From: a virus
Lineage: Duplodnaviria; Caudoviricetes
Length of the DNA stretch: 64,000 bases
IMG/VR virus record: IMGVR_UViG_3300005438_000120
Location: 33,467 to 97,466 of that record
Direction: 5' to 3' (one strand)
The notes under the pieces were generated by a model that ran no database searches, was not told the DNA's origin, and was given only the letters and a program-made list of their open reading frames with translations. Numbering within the stretch: the stretch's first letter is position 1; each line of letters begins with the position of its first letter. The position numbers and the translations under genes are program-made. This document shows, piece by piece, positions 1 to 8,629 of this stretch.

Positions 1-252
1 GTGCTTAACCTTGCGGCGCTTTGCTTCGAACGCCTCTGTATTGCCGCGCCCGATGATTCCGCGCTCTTCGAGCATCGAGACGACGGCGAGCAGATCGGTC
101 AGCTCGCCGGTTATCCGTTCCGCGTTCGTCAACCCCTGCTCAGGCTGAACTTCGTTGATCCCGAATCGAAGCGCCTTCATCACGCGCTGCGAAACTTCGG
201 CGCATTCTTCAGCGAGACACGCGAGTAAGTGGTCCGTTTCGTTGATCGCCAT
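1..252 (-). CDS. MazG-like nucleotide pyrophosphohydrolase (3'-partial, runs off window)
   Basis: Not in ORF track; manual translation MAINETDHLLACLAEECAEVSQRVMKALRFG...GELTDLLAVV has the EExxE...ExxD pattern; ATG overlaps the upstream stop. Confidence 0.7.
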   Translation of the reverse strand, partial: MAINETDHLLACLAEECAEVSQRVMKALRFGINEVQPEQGLTNAERITGELTDLLAVVSMLEERGIIGRGNTEAFEAKRRKVKH

Positions 253-800
253 TATTTTGCCGCCTTCGATTCTTTGATGACCGTGATCCGTCTGCGCACG
301 ATCTCGACATCCCGCTCTAGTTGGCGCAGCCTCGTCGTCCAATAGTGCGACGAATGCTCCAGATTCTTCCGTTTGCTCGATAGGTTGACGATCTCCTGCC
401 GCTCCGCGTTCGCCCGGTATTCCGCATTGCGAGCCTCGCACGCGACAGCACATGCTTCCCGATCCTCGAAAAGCTCGCTCGCTGCGTACGTCTGATACGC
501 TAAAGCGTCGGGACTAGATTCGGAGTAGCGGAACTCGCGTCCGGACATCTCTACACGCTTGGGCGTGAACGGTGTTGGCTGGCAATCGAACGTCACTTCT
601 CGAACGACGCCACGCGGTGACTCGCATCCCGGCGCGCAATAGTTGCACGAGAGTTCGACGATCTCACCGCTACCCTTCACCAGCGTGAGAACTTTCGTTC
701 CGGCGCATTCGGGGCAGGTAACCCATTCTTCGTTATGACCGTTGCCGATAGCCCAAAGCTGCTGACCTATGGCGAACGGAATAGAAATTGTCGCACTCAC
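252..800 (-). CDS. Hypothetical protein with CxxC pairs and C-terminal coiled coil
   Basis: GTG start at 800 overlaps stop of next gene; CPECAG and CNYC. Confidence 0.6.
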   Translation of the reverse strand: MSATISIPFAIGQQLWAIGNGHNEEWVTCPECAGTKVLTLVKGSGEIVELSCNYCAPGCESPRGVVREVTFDCQPTPFTPKRVEMSGREFRYSESSPDALAYQTYAASELFEDREACAVACEARNAEYRANAERQEIVNLSSKRKNLEHSSHYWTTRLRQLERDVEIVRRRITVIKESKAAK

Positions 801-1099
801 GACTTCCTCCACGATGCGATCAGCGCGTGAATCTTTTCCGCGTCCACGTAGACGCAATGCGCCGAAATCGCGAGATTTGACGCGGTGATGTGCCGGTCGA
901 TATCCGCTCCCGCCAATCCGAGGATGCTTCCCGACGCCGCAGACTCGGCGTACCGGATCAACCAATCCGCGATTTCGTCAACGGCCTCATGCATCGCGGC
1001 GCGGCGCAGAACGAGATCACGATGTAGCGCGGCCTGCGCCTCATGCCTGCGCGAGCATTCGGCTAGAGTCGTAGCGTGACACTGATCGCAGCTAAACAT
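797..1099 (-). CDS. Hypothetical phage protein
   Basis: MFSCDQCH start, coupled to neighbours. Confidence 0.5.
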   Translation of the reverse strand: MFSCDQCHATTLAECSRRHEAQAALHRDLVLRRAAMHEAVDEIADWLIRYAESAASGSILGLAGADIDRHITASNLAISAHCVYVDAEKIHALIASWRKS

Positions 1100-1406
1100 C
1101 CGCCGACTCCGTTTTCGTGAACAGTTCCGCGATGCGCGCATTTGCGCGATCCGCCATGTTTCCGCGCCTCACCGTATAGTCTTCGGGATAGAAATCGACG
1201 TACGGTATACCTTGGCGGTTGCTGTTGACTCTGCACTTCCCGCCAAATCCGAGGTCACCCTGAAAGCGAAACTCCTTCGGGTAATCATCGCTAATCATGT
1301 AGCGTACGAACGATTCGCGCTGTCGGTTGTCGGCGTAGTCGTTCGCTCCGCACTCCTCAACCAAGATCGTGTAGATCGAGTCGGCCTGCTTTCGGGTGAG
1401 GTTCAT
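1092..1406 (-). CDS. Hypothetical phage protein
   Basis: Coupled ORF; EFRFQGDLGFGGK motif typical of small phage proteins. Confidence 0.6.
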   Translation of the reverse strand: MNLTRKQADSIYTILVEECGANDYADNRQRESFVRYMISDDYPKEFRFQGDLGFGGKCRVNSNRQGIPYVDFYPEDYTVRRGNMADRANARIAELFTKTESADV

Positions 1407-1858
1407 CGCGACACCTCAACAACGGCGTCAGGAAATTCTTCGCAGGCCGCAAGATAGTTAGCAACGAACGCCACGAGTTGTTCGTACTTGCCCCATCCAT
1501 TTTCGGGGTTGAACTTCCTGAAGTAGTCAGGATCAACACGCAGCCGCGCCAACCCTTTGCGCAACGGTTCGATAAGCTGGCCCGCCCTCGTTACTCCGCA
1601 TTCGTCCGGTCGCCACAGATGCTCATAAAGCCCGCCCGCGTGATCCGCCATCGTGTTGAGGTTGTGCGTGATGTTCGCGCGGTAAACACAATCCGTTTCG
1701 CTGTCGTCGCGAACAACCTTCACCGGCTCACGATCGGGATTGCGGCGATTCCATTCCTCGGCGCTAATCTCGATGGTTGCCCCGTTTTCGCGGATGAAGA
1801 TTCCTGAACCATGCGGTACTTTGGCATCAGGCATTCTGAGGTAAACATCTAGCGACAT
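1403..1858 (-). CDS. Conserved hypothetical phage protein
   Basis: MSLDVYL...NITHNL...LWRP...NPENGWG; ATGA coupling. Confidence 0.65.
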   Translation of the reverse strand: MSLDVYLRMPDAKVPHGSGIFIRENGATIEISAEEWNRRNPDREPVKVVRDDSETDCVYRANITHNLNTMADHAGGLYEHLWRPDECGVTRAGQLIEPLRKGLARLRVDPDYFRKFNPENGWGKYEQLVAFVANYLAACEEFPDAVVEVSR

Positions 1859-2412
1859 TACCTAGCCCCCGTGTGCGCTTCGCGCAACTTCGTCACCACC
1901 GCCCGCGCTCGCGCCCAATACTCGCGATCGTATCGGCGCGTCTCCGCGCGCGTCGGCACCGCCTCTCCGGTCAGTTTGCGAAACCCGCGACTGTCGATCA
2001 GCACCGAATCAACGAGATCGCCTTTCGAATCGTGCATATCAACGAGAAACGTCGCGCGAGCCTGCGGCACTTCGCAGCGCTTGGCCTGTTCGAAAAGACG
2101 TTTCGTTTCGGCGTAATTGACGCCGACTGCGCCGTGACCCGTCTTGAAACATTCACCGCCGCGAATGTCGAGAATGGTTACTCCGTGCTTCGCGGCTTTC
2201 GGCTTCGCTTCCTTCACGGCGCGTTCGAACTTTTTGCGAAGGTCGTAGGTGTCGCCATCGCGCAGAGTTTTCGATCCAAAGCGGATCGCGTAACGATTCT
2301 TCCGGTTCGGCGCACCATCGACGAACCGCGCGTGATCTTCGAAGTAGGCAAACAGCTCATCTTTCGAGAGCCGCTGAAGCTCTTCCGGCGTTTTCGTGGC
2401 GGGCAGGCTCAC
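1858..2412 (-). CDS. Hypothetical phage protein
   Basis: GTG at 2412 overlaps upstream TGA. Confidence 0.5.
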   Translation of the reverse strand: MSLPATKTPEELQRLSKDELFAYFEDHARFVDGAPNRKNRYAIRFGSKTLRDGDTYDLRKKFERAVKEAKPKAAKHGVTILDIRGGECFKTGHGAVGVNYAETKRLFEQAKRCEVPQARATFLVDMHDSKGDLVDSVLIDSRGFRKLTGEAVPTRAETRRYDREYWARARAVVTKLREAHTGAR

Positions 2413-2660
2413 GGCTGCGCCCCTTCGGTACTCGCCGTGCGCGTATCGGCGATTACGCCCCACACTTCGATATCGCTCACGTCTTTCCGGCGTGCGCACT
2501 CGAAGTAGCTGGCGCACCTCAGCACGTCACCGTGGATGACGAAATCCGAATCACTCAGCGAGGCGTGACCACATTCCGAACAGAACATTGGTACCGCGTA
2601 GAACTTGCGGAGCGCGGCGGTCAGGCGTGAGGAGTTGAGAGCGAATTGTGCGTAGGTCAT
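2409..2660 (-). CDS. Small zinc-finger protein (resembles 8031..8240)
   Basis: CSECG...RCASYFECARR. Confidence 0.55.
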   Translation of the reverse strand: MTYAQFALNSSRLTAALRKFYAVPMFCSECGHASLSDSDFVIHGDVLRCASYFECARRKDVSDIEVWGVIADTRTASTEGAQP

Positions 2661-2668
2661 CGGGTGTC

Positions 2669-3250
2669 CTATTCCGGCGAACTCGTTTGCTGCGCTTCGC
2701 TGATAGCCGCGTCAACCGCGTCGCGGATTGCTTCCTTCACGGCCCCGGCGATCTCTTCGTCAGTCGGCGCGTCCGCTCCGGCATCTTTCGCTTTGGTGCG
2801 CAGGTCTGTCGCTACCGCATCCTCGTCAACCTCTTCAACTTCGATAGCGTCCAACTCATCCGCCCACGCTTCGCATGCATCGCGGCGTTCTTCAAGCAGT
2901 TGGCCGGTGTCGCCCTGCCGCAATCCTTCCGGCATGTTGTCGAACTTCTCGCCCTGTTCCTCGCCAAGCGCGCGAGCCTCCGACGCGATATCCTCCAGAT
3001 CGGATTTCAGGTCGTCGGTAGTCTCGTAGTTTTCAGCCTTCATGTCGGCGAGGCGATCTTCTAAATCGTAGACTGCCGCATAGAACTCGCTCTGCGTCGT
3101 CTGTGATCGTCTCGGGTACGTTTTCGAAACGCGCTTCGCGCCGCCGCGACCACCCACCATGAACTTCCACCAAAAGTACGGATCGCCGACTTTGATTCCG
3201 GCAGACGGGATCGCCTTGCGTGCGTGCTTAACCTCGTGAACTTTTGCCAT
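2669..3250 (-). CDS. Hypothetical protein, basic N-terminus and acidic helical C-terminus
   Basis: 193-aa ORF directly downstream of a leaderless promoter. Confidence 0.65.
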   Translation of the reverse strand: MAKVHEVKHARKAIPSAGIKVGDPYFWWKFMVGGRGGAKRVSKTYPRRSQTTQSEFYAAVYDLEDRLADMKAENYETTDDLKSDLEDIASEARALGEEQGEKFDNMPEGLRQGDTGQLLEERRDACEAWADELDAIEVEEVDEDAVATDLRTKAKDAGADAPTDEEIAGAVKEAIRDAVDAAISEAQQTSSPE

Positions 3251-3354
3251 GCCGACAATCTAGCATCGCCCGATTCGGAATGCAAGGAAATTCTTTGCAC
3301 GATCATAAAGAAACAGTTTGACATTCGGATTCGGAGAGCCTACCGTGTCTGTCG
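3251..3354. promoter_or_regulatory. Divergent sigma70-type promoters with operator-like motifs
   Basis: Minus: TTGCAT(3285-3280)-N17-TAGATT-N6-ATG. Plus: TTGACA(3318)-N17-TACCGT-N8-ATG. GATTCGGA occurs in both spacers. Confidence 0.7.
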
Positions 3355-3639
3355 ATGAACAAGCCGAAACGAGTTCCGAAGAGTAGCGACGATCCGATTC
3401 GATGGATGATCGACCATGATGTTTCGGCGGCAACGATGGCCGAAGACTGGGGTGTCACGTCATCGTATGTCTACATCCTTCAGAAGTTCGCGAACATGCC
3501 GAGCTGGAAGTTGGCGGCCAAGATGGCTCGAACGTTCGGATGGGAAATCGTTGGCGTGATGGTGCTGTGGGCTGCGCGTGTAACGCCGACACGCGAACAG
3601 GCGAAGCGGAAGCGCGGCGCGAAACGGAGGTCGTCGTGA
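3355..3639 (+). CDS. Cro/XRE-like helix-turn-helix regulator
   Basis: SAATMAEDWGVTSSYVYIL...PSWKLAAKMA HTH pattern; first gene after divergent promoter. Confidence 0.6.
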   Translation: MNKPKRVPKSSDDPIRWMIDHDVSAATMAEDWGVTSSYVYILQKFANMPSWKLAAKMARTFGWEIVGVMVLWAARVTPTREQAKRKRGAKRRSS

Positions 3640-4892
3640 GGGGAGCTATCCTTTGCGCATACAAAACGGAACTTGATCCGACTTGCAAACAAGTCACGGC
3701 GCTCCTTCGTCACGCTGGAGCCGCGCGTTGGGTGTTCAATTGGGGGCTTGCGCGCAAGCAGGAGAGCTATGCCGCGTGGGTTGCTGACGGGAAGTGTGGC
3801 AAGTGCGTAGTGCCGTCATCGGTTGATCTCAGCCGTGAACTGACCGTCCTCAAAAAGACGCCGCACGGGGGCGGTGGCGTTCCGTGGCTGTGCGAGGTTT
3901 CGAGTCGCGCGCAGGGGCACGCACTCCGGAACCTCGACCGCGCCTACTCCGACTTCTTTCGGCGATGCAAGGATGGATCGAAGCGCAAAGGCTTCCCGAA
4001 ATTCAAATCACGGAAACGCGGAATTGGTAATTTTACTCTCCACGAGAGCACTTTGCGTGCAACAGAAACGCACATTCGTTTGCCGAGACTCGGCTCGATC
4101 AAACTGAAAGAGCGCGGCTACCTGCCGAGTAACAGCGTTCACGTTCTGAGCGCGACCATCTCCGAAAAAGCCGGTCGTTGGTTTGTTTCGCTGAACGTTG
4201 AGCAGGAGTGTGAGTTGACGCCTGCGCCGAAACGTTTGCTCGGCGTCGATGTCGGCATCAAGAGTCTCGCCGTGACAAGCGACGGAGAATCGTTCGCGAA
4301 TCCGAAAGCGCTCCGAGCGGCAGAGCAGCGTGTGCGGCTAGCCCAAAAATCCGTCAGCCGAAAGAAGAAAGGATCAACTAACCGCCGCAAGGCCGTACGC
4401 CGTCTCGCGCGTCAACATTACCGAGTCTCATGCGTTCGAAAAGATGCGATCCACAAGGCAACGTCTGCGATAACCAAGCAGGCGTCAGTCATTGTGATCG
4501 AATCTTTGAACGTGGCGGGAATGATGAAGAATCATCATCTCGCTCGCGCAATCAGCGATGTCGGGATGTCTGAATTCCACCGGCAGTTGAGGTACAAAAC
4601 AGCGTGGCGCGGCGGAACGGTAATCGAAGCGGATCGCTTCTTTCCGAGTAGCAAGATGTGCTCACAATGCGGCAACGTGAAGGAGTTGTTGTCGCTTTCG
4701 GAGCGCATCTACATTTGCGAAGCGTGCGGCCTGACGATCGACCGCGATCTGAACGCATCAATCAACTTGAAGAACTTGGCGGGTAGTTTGCCCGTGTCAG
4801 CCTGTCGCCCCGGAAGCGCTGGCCGTGGCCGTAAGGTTGCGGCGAAACTTTTGGTTGGGCAGGAACCGAGAAGGGAGGATCAGCGTGCCTGA
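3636..4892 (+). CDS. tnpB: RNA-guided endonuclease TnpB (IS607-type)
   Basis: AYKTELDP...AGAARWVFNWGL, GFPKFKS, RuvC-I GVDVG, RuvC-II IESL, Zn finger CSQC/CEAC, RuvC-III DRDLNASINL; GTG at 3636 overlaps upstream TGA. Confidence 0.93.
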   Translation: MRGAILCAYKTELDPTCKQVTALLRHAGAARWVFNWGLARKQESYAAWVADGKCGKCVVPSSVDLSRELTVLKKTPHGGGGVPWLCEVSSRAQGHALRNLDRAYSDFFRRCKDGSKRKGFPKFKSRKRGIGNFTLHESTLRATETHIRLPRLGSIKLKERGYLPSNSVHVLSATISEKAGRWFVSLNVEQECELTPAPKRLLGVDVGIKSLAVTSDGESFANPKALRAAEQRVRLAQKSVSRKKKGSTNRRKAVRRLARQHYRVSCVRKDAIHKATSAITKQASVIVIESLNVAGMMKNHHLARAISDVGMSEFHRQLRYKTAWRGGTVIEADRFFPSSKMCSQCGNVKELLSLSERIYICEACGLTIDRDLNASINLKNLAGSLPVSACRPGSAGRGRKVAAKLLVGQEPRREDQRA

Positions 4893-4934
4893 TCTTGTCC
4901 GCTTCGGAGAACGGATTCCTGATGCGGAGTTCGC
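4775..4934 (+). ncRNA. Predicted TnpB omegaRNA: scaffold ending GGAGAACGG at 4914, guide ~4915-4934
   Basis: Hairpin 4779-4795 (GTT loop), GCCTG...CAGG pairing, terminal hairpin 4866-4907, IS607-like right-end AGAACGG; 5' boundary approximate. Confidence 0.65.
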
Positions 4935-5010
4935 GGCGCTAGCAACGGTTAACGACGCGACCGAATACCTGATGCTCAAAACCGGCTATGCGGAAAGAGC
5001 GGATGCGTGA
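4885..5010 (+). pseudogene. C-terminal remnant of an acyl carrier protein-like gene, started from within the IS right end
   Basis: IPDAEFAALATVNDATEYL resembles the ACP C-terminus (IPDExAEKITTVxDAIDYI); no DSL serine motif; GGAGG+GTG lie in the omegaRNA hairpin. Confidence 0.5.
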
Positions 5011-5620
5011 AACCGTTTCGCGCCCGCTTGATAGCTGCCGCCGTTGACGCACTGCGCGACGGCAGAGACGTGATCGTTCGCGCCCATTCATCGCGCGAGA
5101 CGGCGCAACTTCGAAACGCGATTCTGCGCGAAGCAGGAGCGAATGCTATCGAGTGCTGGAACATGGAAGGAGCGGATGAGGACGCGCCGATTGTTCGCGC
5201 GCTGCCGTTCGGTTGCGTCCCGGCTGGGGTTGACCGGCTCATGCTGCCGCCAGTCGTTTTGTATGATCTGACGACTTGCTTCGAGCGCGGCAACGTCCGT
5301 GAGCCTGCAATTCGGAGCGTGTTCGCGTGACCGACTTCGAGGCAGTCATCCGCAATCTCCCGAAGGCGCAACGCCGCGCACTCGATAACCTTTCATGCGG
5401 CCTGTCTGCCGGAGCTAGTCAGCGGACGTTGGCGGCGCTAGCGGATCGCGGTCTGATTGTTGGTCAGGAGCGAACGTCACGAGACCGTTTCGGAGTCATG
5501 ACGTGGATCGAATATGAAGTTCCGATACCTGTTCACATGGCATGGTGCGCGGTCTGCGCCGAAGAATGGGATGCGCTCGCGCCGGAAGAGCGAGCCGCGA
5601 TGGAGGCACCTGACGCATGA
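5007..5620 (+). CDS. Two coupled hypothetical proteins (5007..5330; 5327..5620, winged-helix-like)
   Basis: GTGA/ATGA overlaps; RTLAALADRGLI in the second. Confidence 0.55.
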
Positions 5621-6240
5621 GCGCAGCAAAGAAACGGATAGAGCTGGTCGTTACATCGTCGCCGGTAGACTCAACCGCCGCGCGAGTGATGCGGCAAGGC
5701 GATAACTTCGAATCGGCTAGACGGATACCGCCTACGCGCTTTCACTCTGACACGCCAACGCAAACCTATCCCTTCATCGGCTTGCGCGAACACGACATGA
5801 CCGGAGTGCGATGGGGATCGTTCGTCGTCATCGGATGGGTAGGCAAGCTGAATCCGAAAAAGAAAAGCTGTTGGTTGGTACGGTGCCTCTGCGGCAGGTA
5901 CGAAATGCGCCACGCGAACGTGATGGCGAAACCGCCCTCGACTGGCAGCCAATGTCACCATTGCGAAACAACGCTACAACTCCGCAGTCGTTCGTCAAAG
6001 TCGCAAACGAACGTCCGGCAGTTCGTTCCGCCAGAACTTCGATGCGAGCATGGTCGCGACAGCCGTTCGTGTAGTCGCTGCACGGCTACGTCATTTTGTG
6101 GATGCTGCGGCAATCCTTGCTCCGTTAATAGTTGGTGGTGCAAGCTGTGTAAGCCGCATGTCAGCCACGAGGGACCGCTCGCGGAGCAAACCTACTTAGC
6201 GCAACACGGGACCGCTTGTCCGTTCACGGAGGCGTACTGA
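5617..6240 (+). CDS. Cys-rich zinc-binding protein
   Basis: GVRWGSFVVIG...WLVRCLCG module typical of homing-endonuclease N-termini; several CxxC. Confidence 0.55.
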   Translation: MSAAKKRIELVVTSSPVDSTAARVMRQGDNFESARRIPPTRFHSDTPTQTYPFIGLREHDMTGVRWGSFVVIGWVGKLNPKKKSCWLVRCLCGRYEMRHANVMAKPPSTGSQCHHCETTLQLRSRSSKSQTNVRQFVPPELRCEHGRDSRSCSRCTATSFCGCCGNPCSVNSWWCKLCKPHVSHEGPLAEQTYLAQHGTACPFTEAY

Positions 6241-6440
6241 TGACGCGCAAGGCGCGCGAGCGCAGGTACCGCGCGGCGCCCATGCGGTCGGAGGGCTTGT
6301 GATTCACGTCATCCCCGACAGCTCCGTTTGCGCGAAGTGCCACGCGAAAGTAACGGACGCAGAATGGCGGGCGCACTTGCTCGCCTGCCAAGGAATCGAC
6401 TTGCCGGAACATCCGCGCGTGTTCTATAACGGCGTAGAGA

Positions 6441-6857
6441 TCACGATACCGCGCGCCTATGCCACTCTTCCCGCAATCTCCAACACGACATCCACAGGAA
6501 AGCGATAACCTGAAACGGCAGCGTTTCGGTATCTAAGGCGTCGTGATGGAACGGACACAGAGGGATGCAGGAAGCATCGGACCCTTTGATTCCAGTTCCA
6601 CCGTGCTCTAAATGTGCCGCCTCTATCGGCGCTCTGTCGCCGATCGTGCCGCAAGGCTTTTCGAATCGCGCAAGCAAGCATGGCTTCGTTCGAATCCACG
6701 CGCGATACGCCGCGTCCCTGAGGTAGCGTTCTTTCGGTAACGCTAATCCATCGAATTCGATGCGGCCTTCGGTTGGGCGATACTTAGATTTCGGGAACGC
6801 CAACTTACTCGCCGGTTCGTCAGGATCAATCTCTGGCCTTAGCTTGCGGCGAATCAC
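6441..6857 (-). CDS. DUF968-like / HNH-like zinc-binding protein
   Basis: YRAWIRTKPC...EAAH...KGSD...CIPLCPFHH. Confidence 0.6.
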   Translation of the reverse strand: MIRRKLRPEIDPDEPASKLAFPKSKYRPTEGRIEFDGLALPKERYLRDAAYRAWIRTKPCLLARFEKPCGTIGDRAPIEAAHLEHGGTGIKGSDASCIPLCPFHHDALDTETLPFQVIAFLWMSCWRLREEWHRRAVS

Positions 6858-7280
6858 GCGATGCGCGCCTCGGGAAACCTTCCGCGCGATTCGACAAACG
6901 CCATTATCTCAAACTCGGCGATCTTGACCATGGCGCGGAAACACGGCACGCAGAAGTTGCGTACGCTGACTACGGATCGCGGCGTTAACTGTTGCCGCGT
7001 TGCGATCACGTCACCTTCCGCTCCGCAGGCGTGGCAGAGCGAGTCGGTTTCGATTTCGGCACTGACGCTCATGCGCTCGCCTTCATAACTCGCACTACCG
7101 CCTCATCAAATTGATCCTGCGTCGTCACGATTTCGCATATTACGCAGCCGATCTTCGAACCTTCCATAAACGTGACCGGCGAGTCAACGTAAAAAGCAAT
7201 GAACCGCTGAAGATGACGGCATAGCTCCTTTGGGTCGGAGTCGCCGACGATTGCGGCCAGAAGCCGCTCCTCCGCCGCGT

Positions 7281-7865
7281 TCATGGCGTTGCCTGCTGAG
7301 CCGGAAACCGAAACGACGCGAAGTTGCCGCCTTTCGCCTTGTGCTGCCGGAGCGCGGCGGTAACGACGAATCCGCGTTTCGTAATCGTGACTTTCTTTCC
7401 GAGATCGGGTTCGCCGCGCGTCGCGAGAATGCCCGCCGCAACTAAATCCTGCACGCAATCCCAATCGCAATGCCGATCAGCGAAGCGGCCATCGGCGAGC
7501 CGCGTCGGGTACCTGTTGTCGCCGTCGATCTTCACGCGCCCGAACAGATTCTCTTTCGCCGGAGCTGATTGCGCGATGCGCCAACAGCGGCGGCATGTCC
7601 GCATGCGCGGATCGCCCTTGATCCGGAACTCGCGGTGGTCAACGATGCGCATTTCGATATACGCGAGAGTTGACCAGTGATCTTTGCCGAACAACTCAAT
7701 CGGCACGTGCGCATCAGCGAATTCGGACGTGTGCCCCGCGCCGCATCCGCATGACGGCAGCAATTTCTCGCCGCCGCCGTCCTCCAGCGGATTGCCGTGA
7801 ACGCAACGGGGGAGCGGGTAATTCGTTTCGGCCCATTCGATCGCGAGTGCGAGTGCGTCACTCAT
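7281..7865 (-). CDS. Conserved hypothetical phage protein
   Basis: GKDHWSTLAYIE...YPTRL...HCDWDC; coupled to flanking small ORFs 6854..7072 and 7069..7284. Confidence 0.6.
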   Translation of the reverse strand: MSDALALAIEWAETNYPLPRCVHGNPLEDGGGEKLLPSCGCGAGHTSEFADAHVPIELFGKDHWSTLAYIEMRIVDHREFRIKGDPRMRTCRRCWRIAQSAPAKENLFGRVKIDGDNRYPTRLADGRFADRHCDWDCVQDLVAAGILATRGEPDLGKKVTITKRGFVVTAALRQHKAKGGNFASFRFPAQQATP

Positions 7866-8030
7866 TGCTCACTCCGATCAGGCGAACCGTGTGCGCGCTG
7901 GCGATTTGGCGACGCAGATTTTCGATATCGCTCCCGCGATCATCGTCGCCGTTGTCTAAGGCGTGCGCAGCAATCTCATTCAGGCCAGCGATCAGCATCA
8001 GCTTTTCATTATCAGTGAGCGTGTAGTTGT

Positions 8031-8240
8031 TCACGATTGTGCCTTCCCATATTTCTTCGCCACATCCGCCTCATCCTGCCGACGTGAGCACGCGAAGAAC
8101 TTCACGCATCGCGTCCCGCCAAGCTCCACAAAGTCTGCCGCGTCGCGCGAGCTGAAGCCGCACTTCGTGCAGACGATAGGCTCCGCGAGTTCGAACGTGG
8201 TCCGCTTTTCCGTGGTGCGTGCGCTGTCTGCATTTGCCAT
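8031..8240 (-). CDS. Small zinc-finger protein, leaderless
   Basis: TTGACA(8275-8270)-N17-GATACT-N6-ATG; CTKCG...RCVKFFACSRR. Confidence 0.55.
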   Translation of the reverse strand: MANADSARTTEKRTTFELAEPIVCTKCGFSSRDAADFVELGGTRCVKFFACSRRQDEADVAKKYGKAQS

Positions 8241-8281
8241 AGAGAGAGTATCGGTTCGCGGCTGCGCGATGTCAAGACAAT

Positions 8282-8629
8282 TCATGAGCGACTCCTGCGT
8301 TCGCGATATTCTGCGAGGTCAAGTTCAAGAGTTTCTTTCGGTGTGGGCCATTCTCGCCACTGATGTCCGGCGCGCGCATCATCGTGAAGATGTTTCGAAA
8401 TCGAGCACCGAACTGGCATGCCCGGCGTTCCTGCGGTCAGATGTCCACAGCACTGCCGTCCTCGTTGGTACTCATGAAAGCGCGCCTTGCAACCCTGACC
8501 TACGCCCTGATCGTGCGGCGGGTAGCAATCGAGGCAGAGCCGCGCGTGACCAGACTCCATGAAGGTCATCGCGAATCCCCAACAGCAGGAACACGTAGAA
8601 GGCTTCTCAACTCGGCGGAAATCGCTCAC
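8282..8629 (-). CDS. Cys/His-rich hypothetical protein
   Basis: GTGA-coupled ORF. Confidence 0.5.
   Translation of the reverse strand: MSDFRRVEKPSTCSCCWGFAMTFMESGHARLCLDCYPPHDQGVGQGCKARFHEYQRGRQCCGHLTAGTPGMPVRCSISKHLHDDARAGHQWREWPTPKETLELDLAEYRERRSRS

Noticed and set aside
1-228. Plus-strand 75-aa ORF
   Set aside because: Antisense to the MazG-like gene, which has motifs and operon coupling
3355-3639. IS607 TnpA upstream of tnpB
   Set aside because: 94 aa with no YARVS serine-recombinase motif; reads as a Cro/XRE HTH
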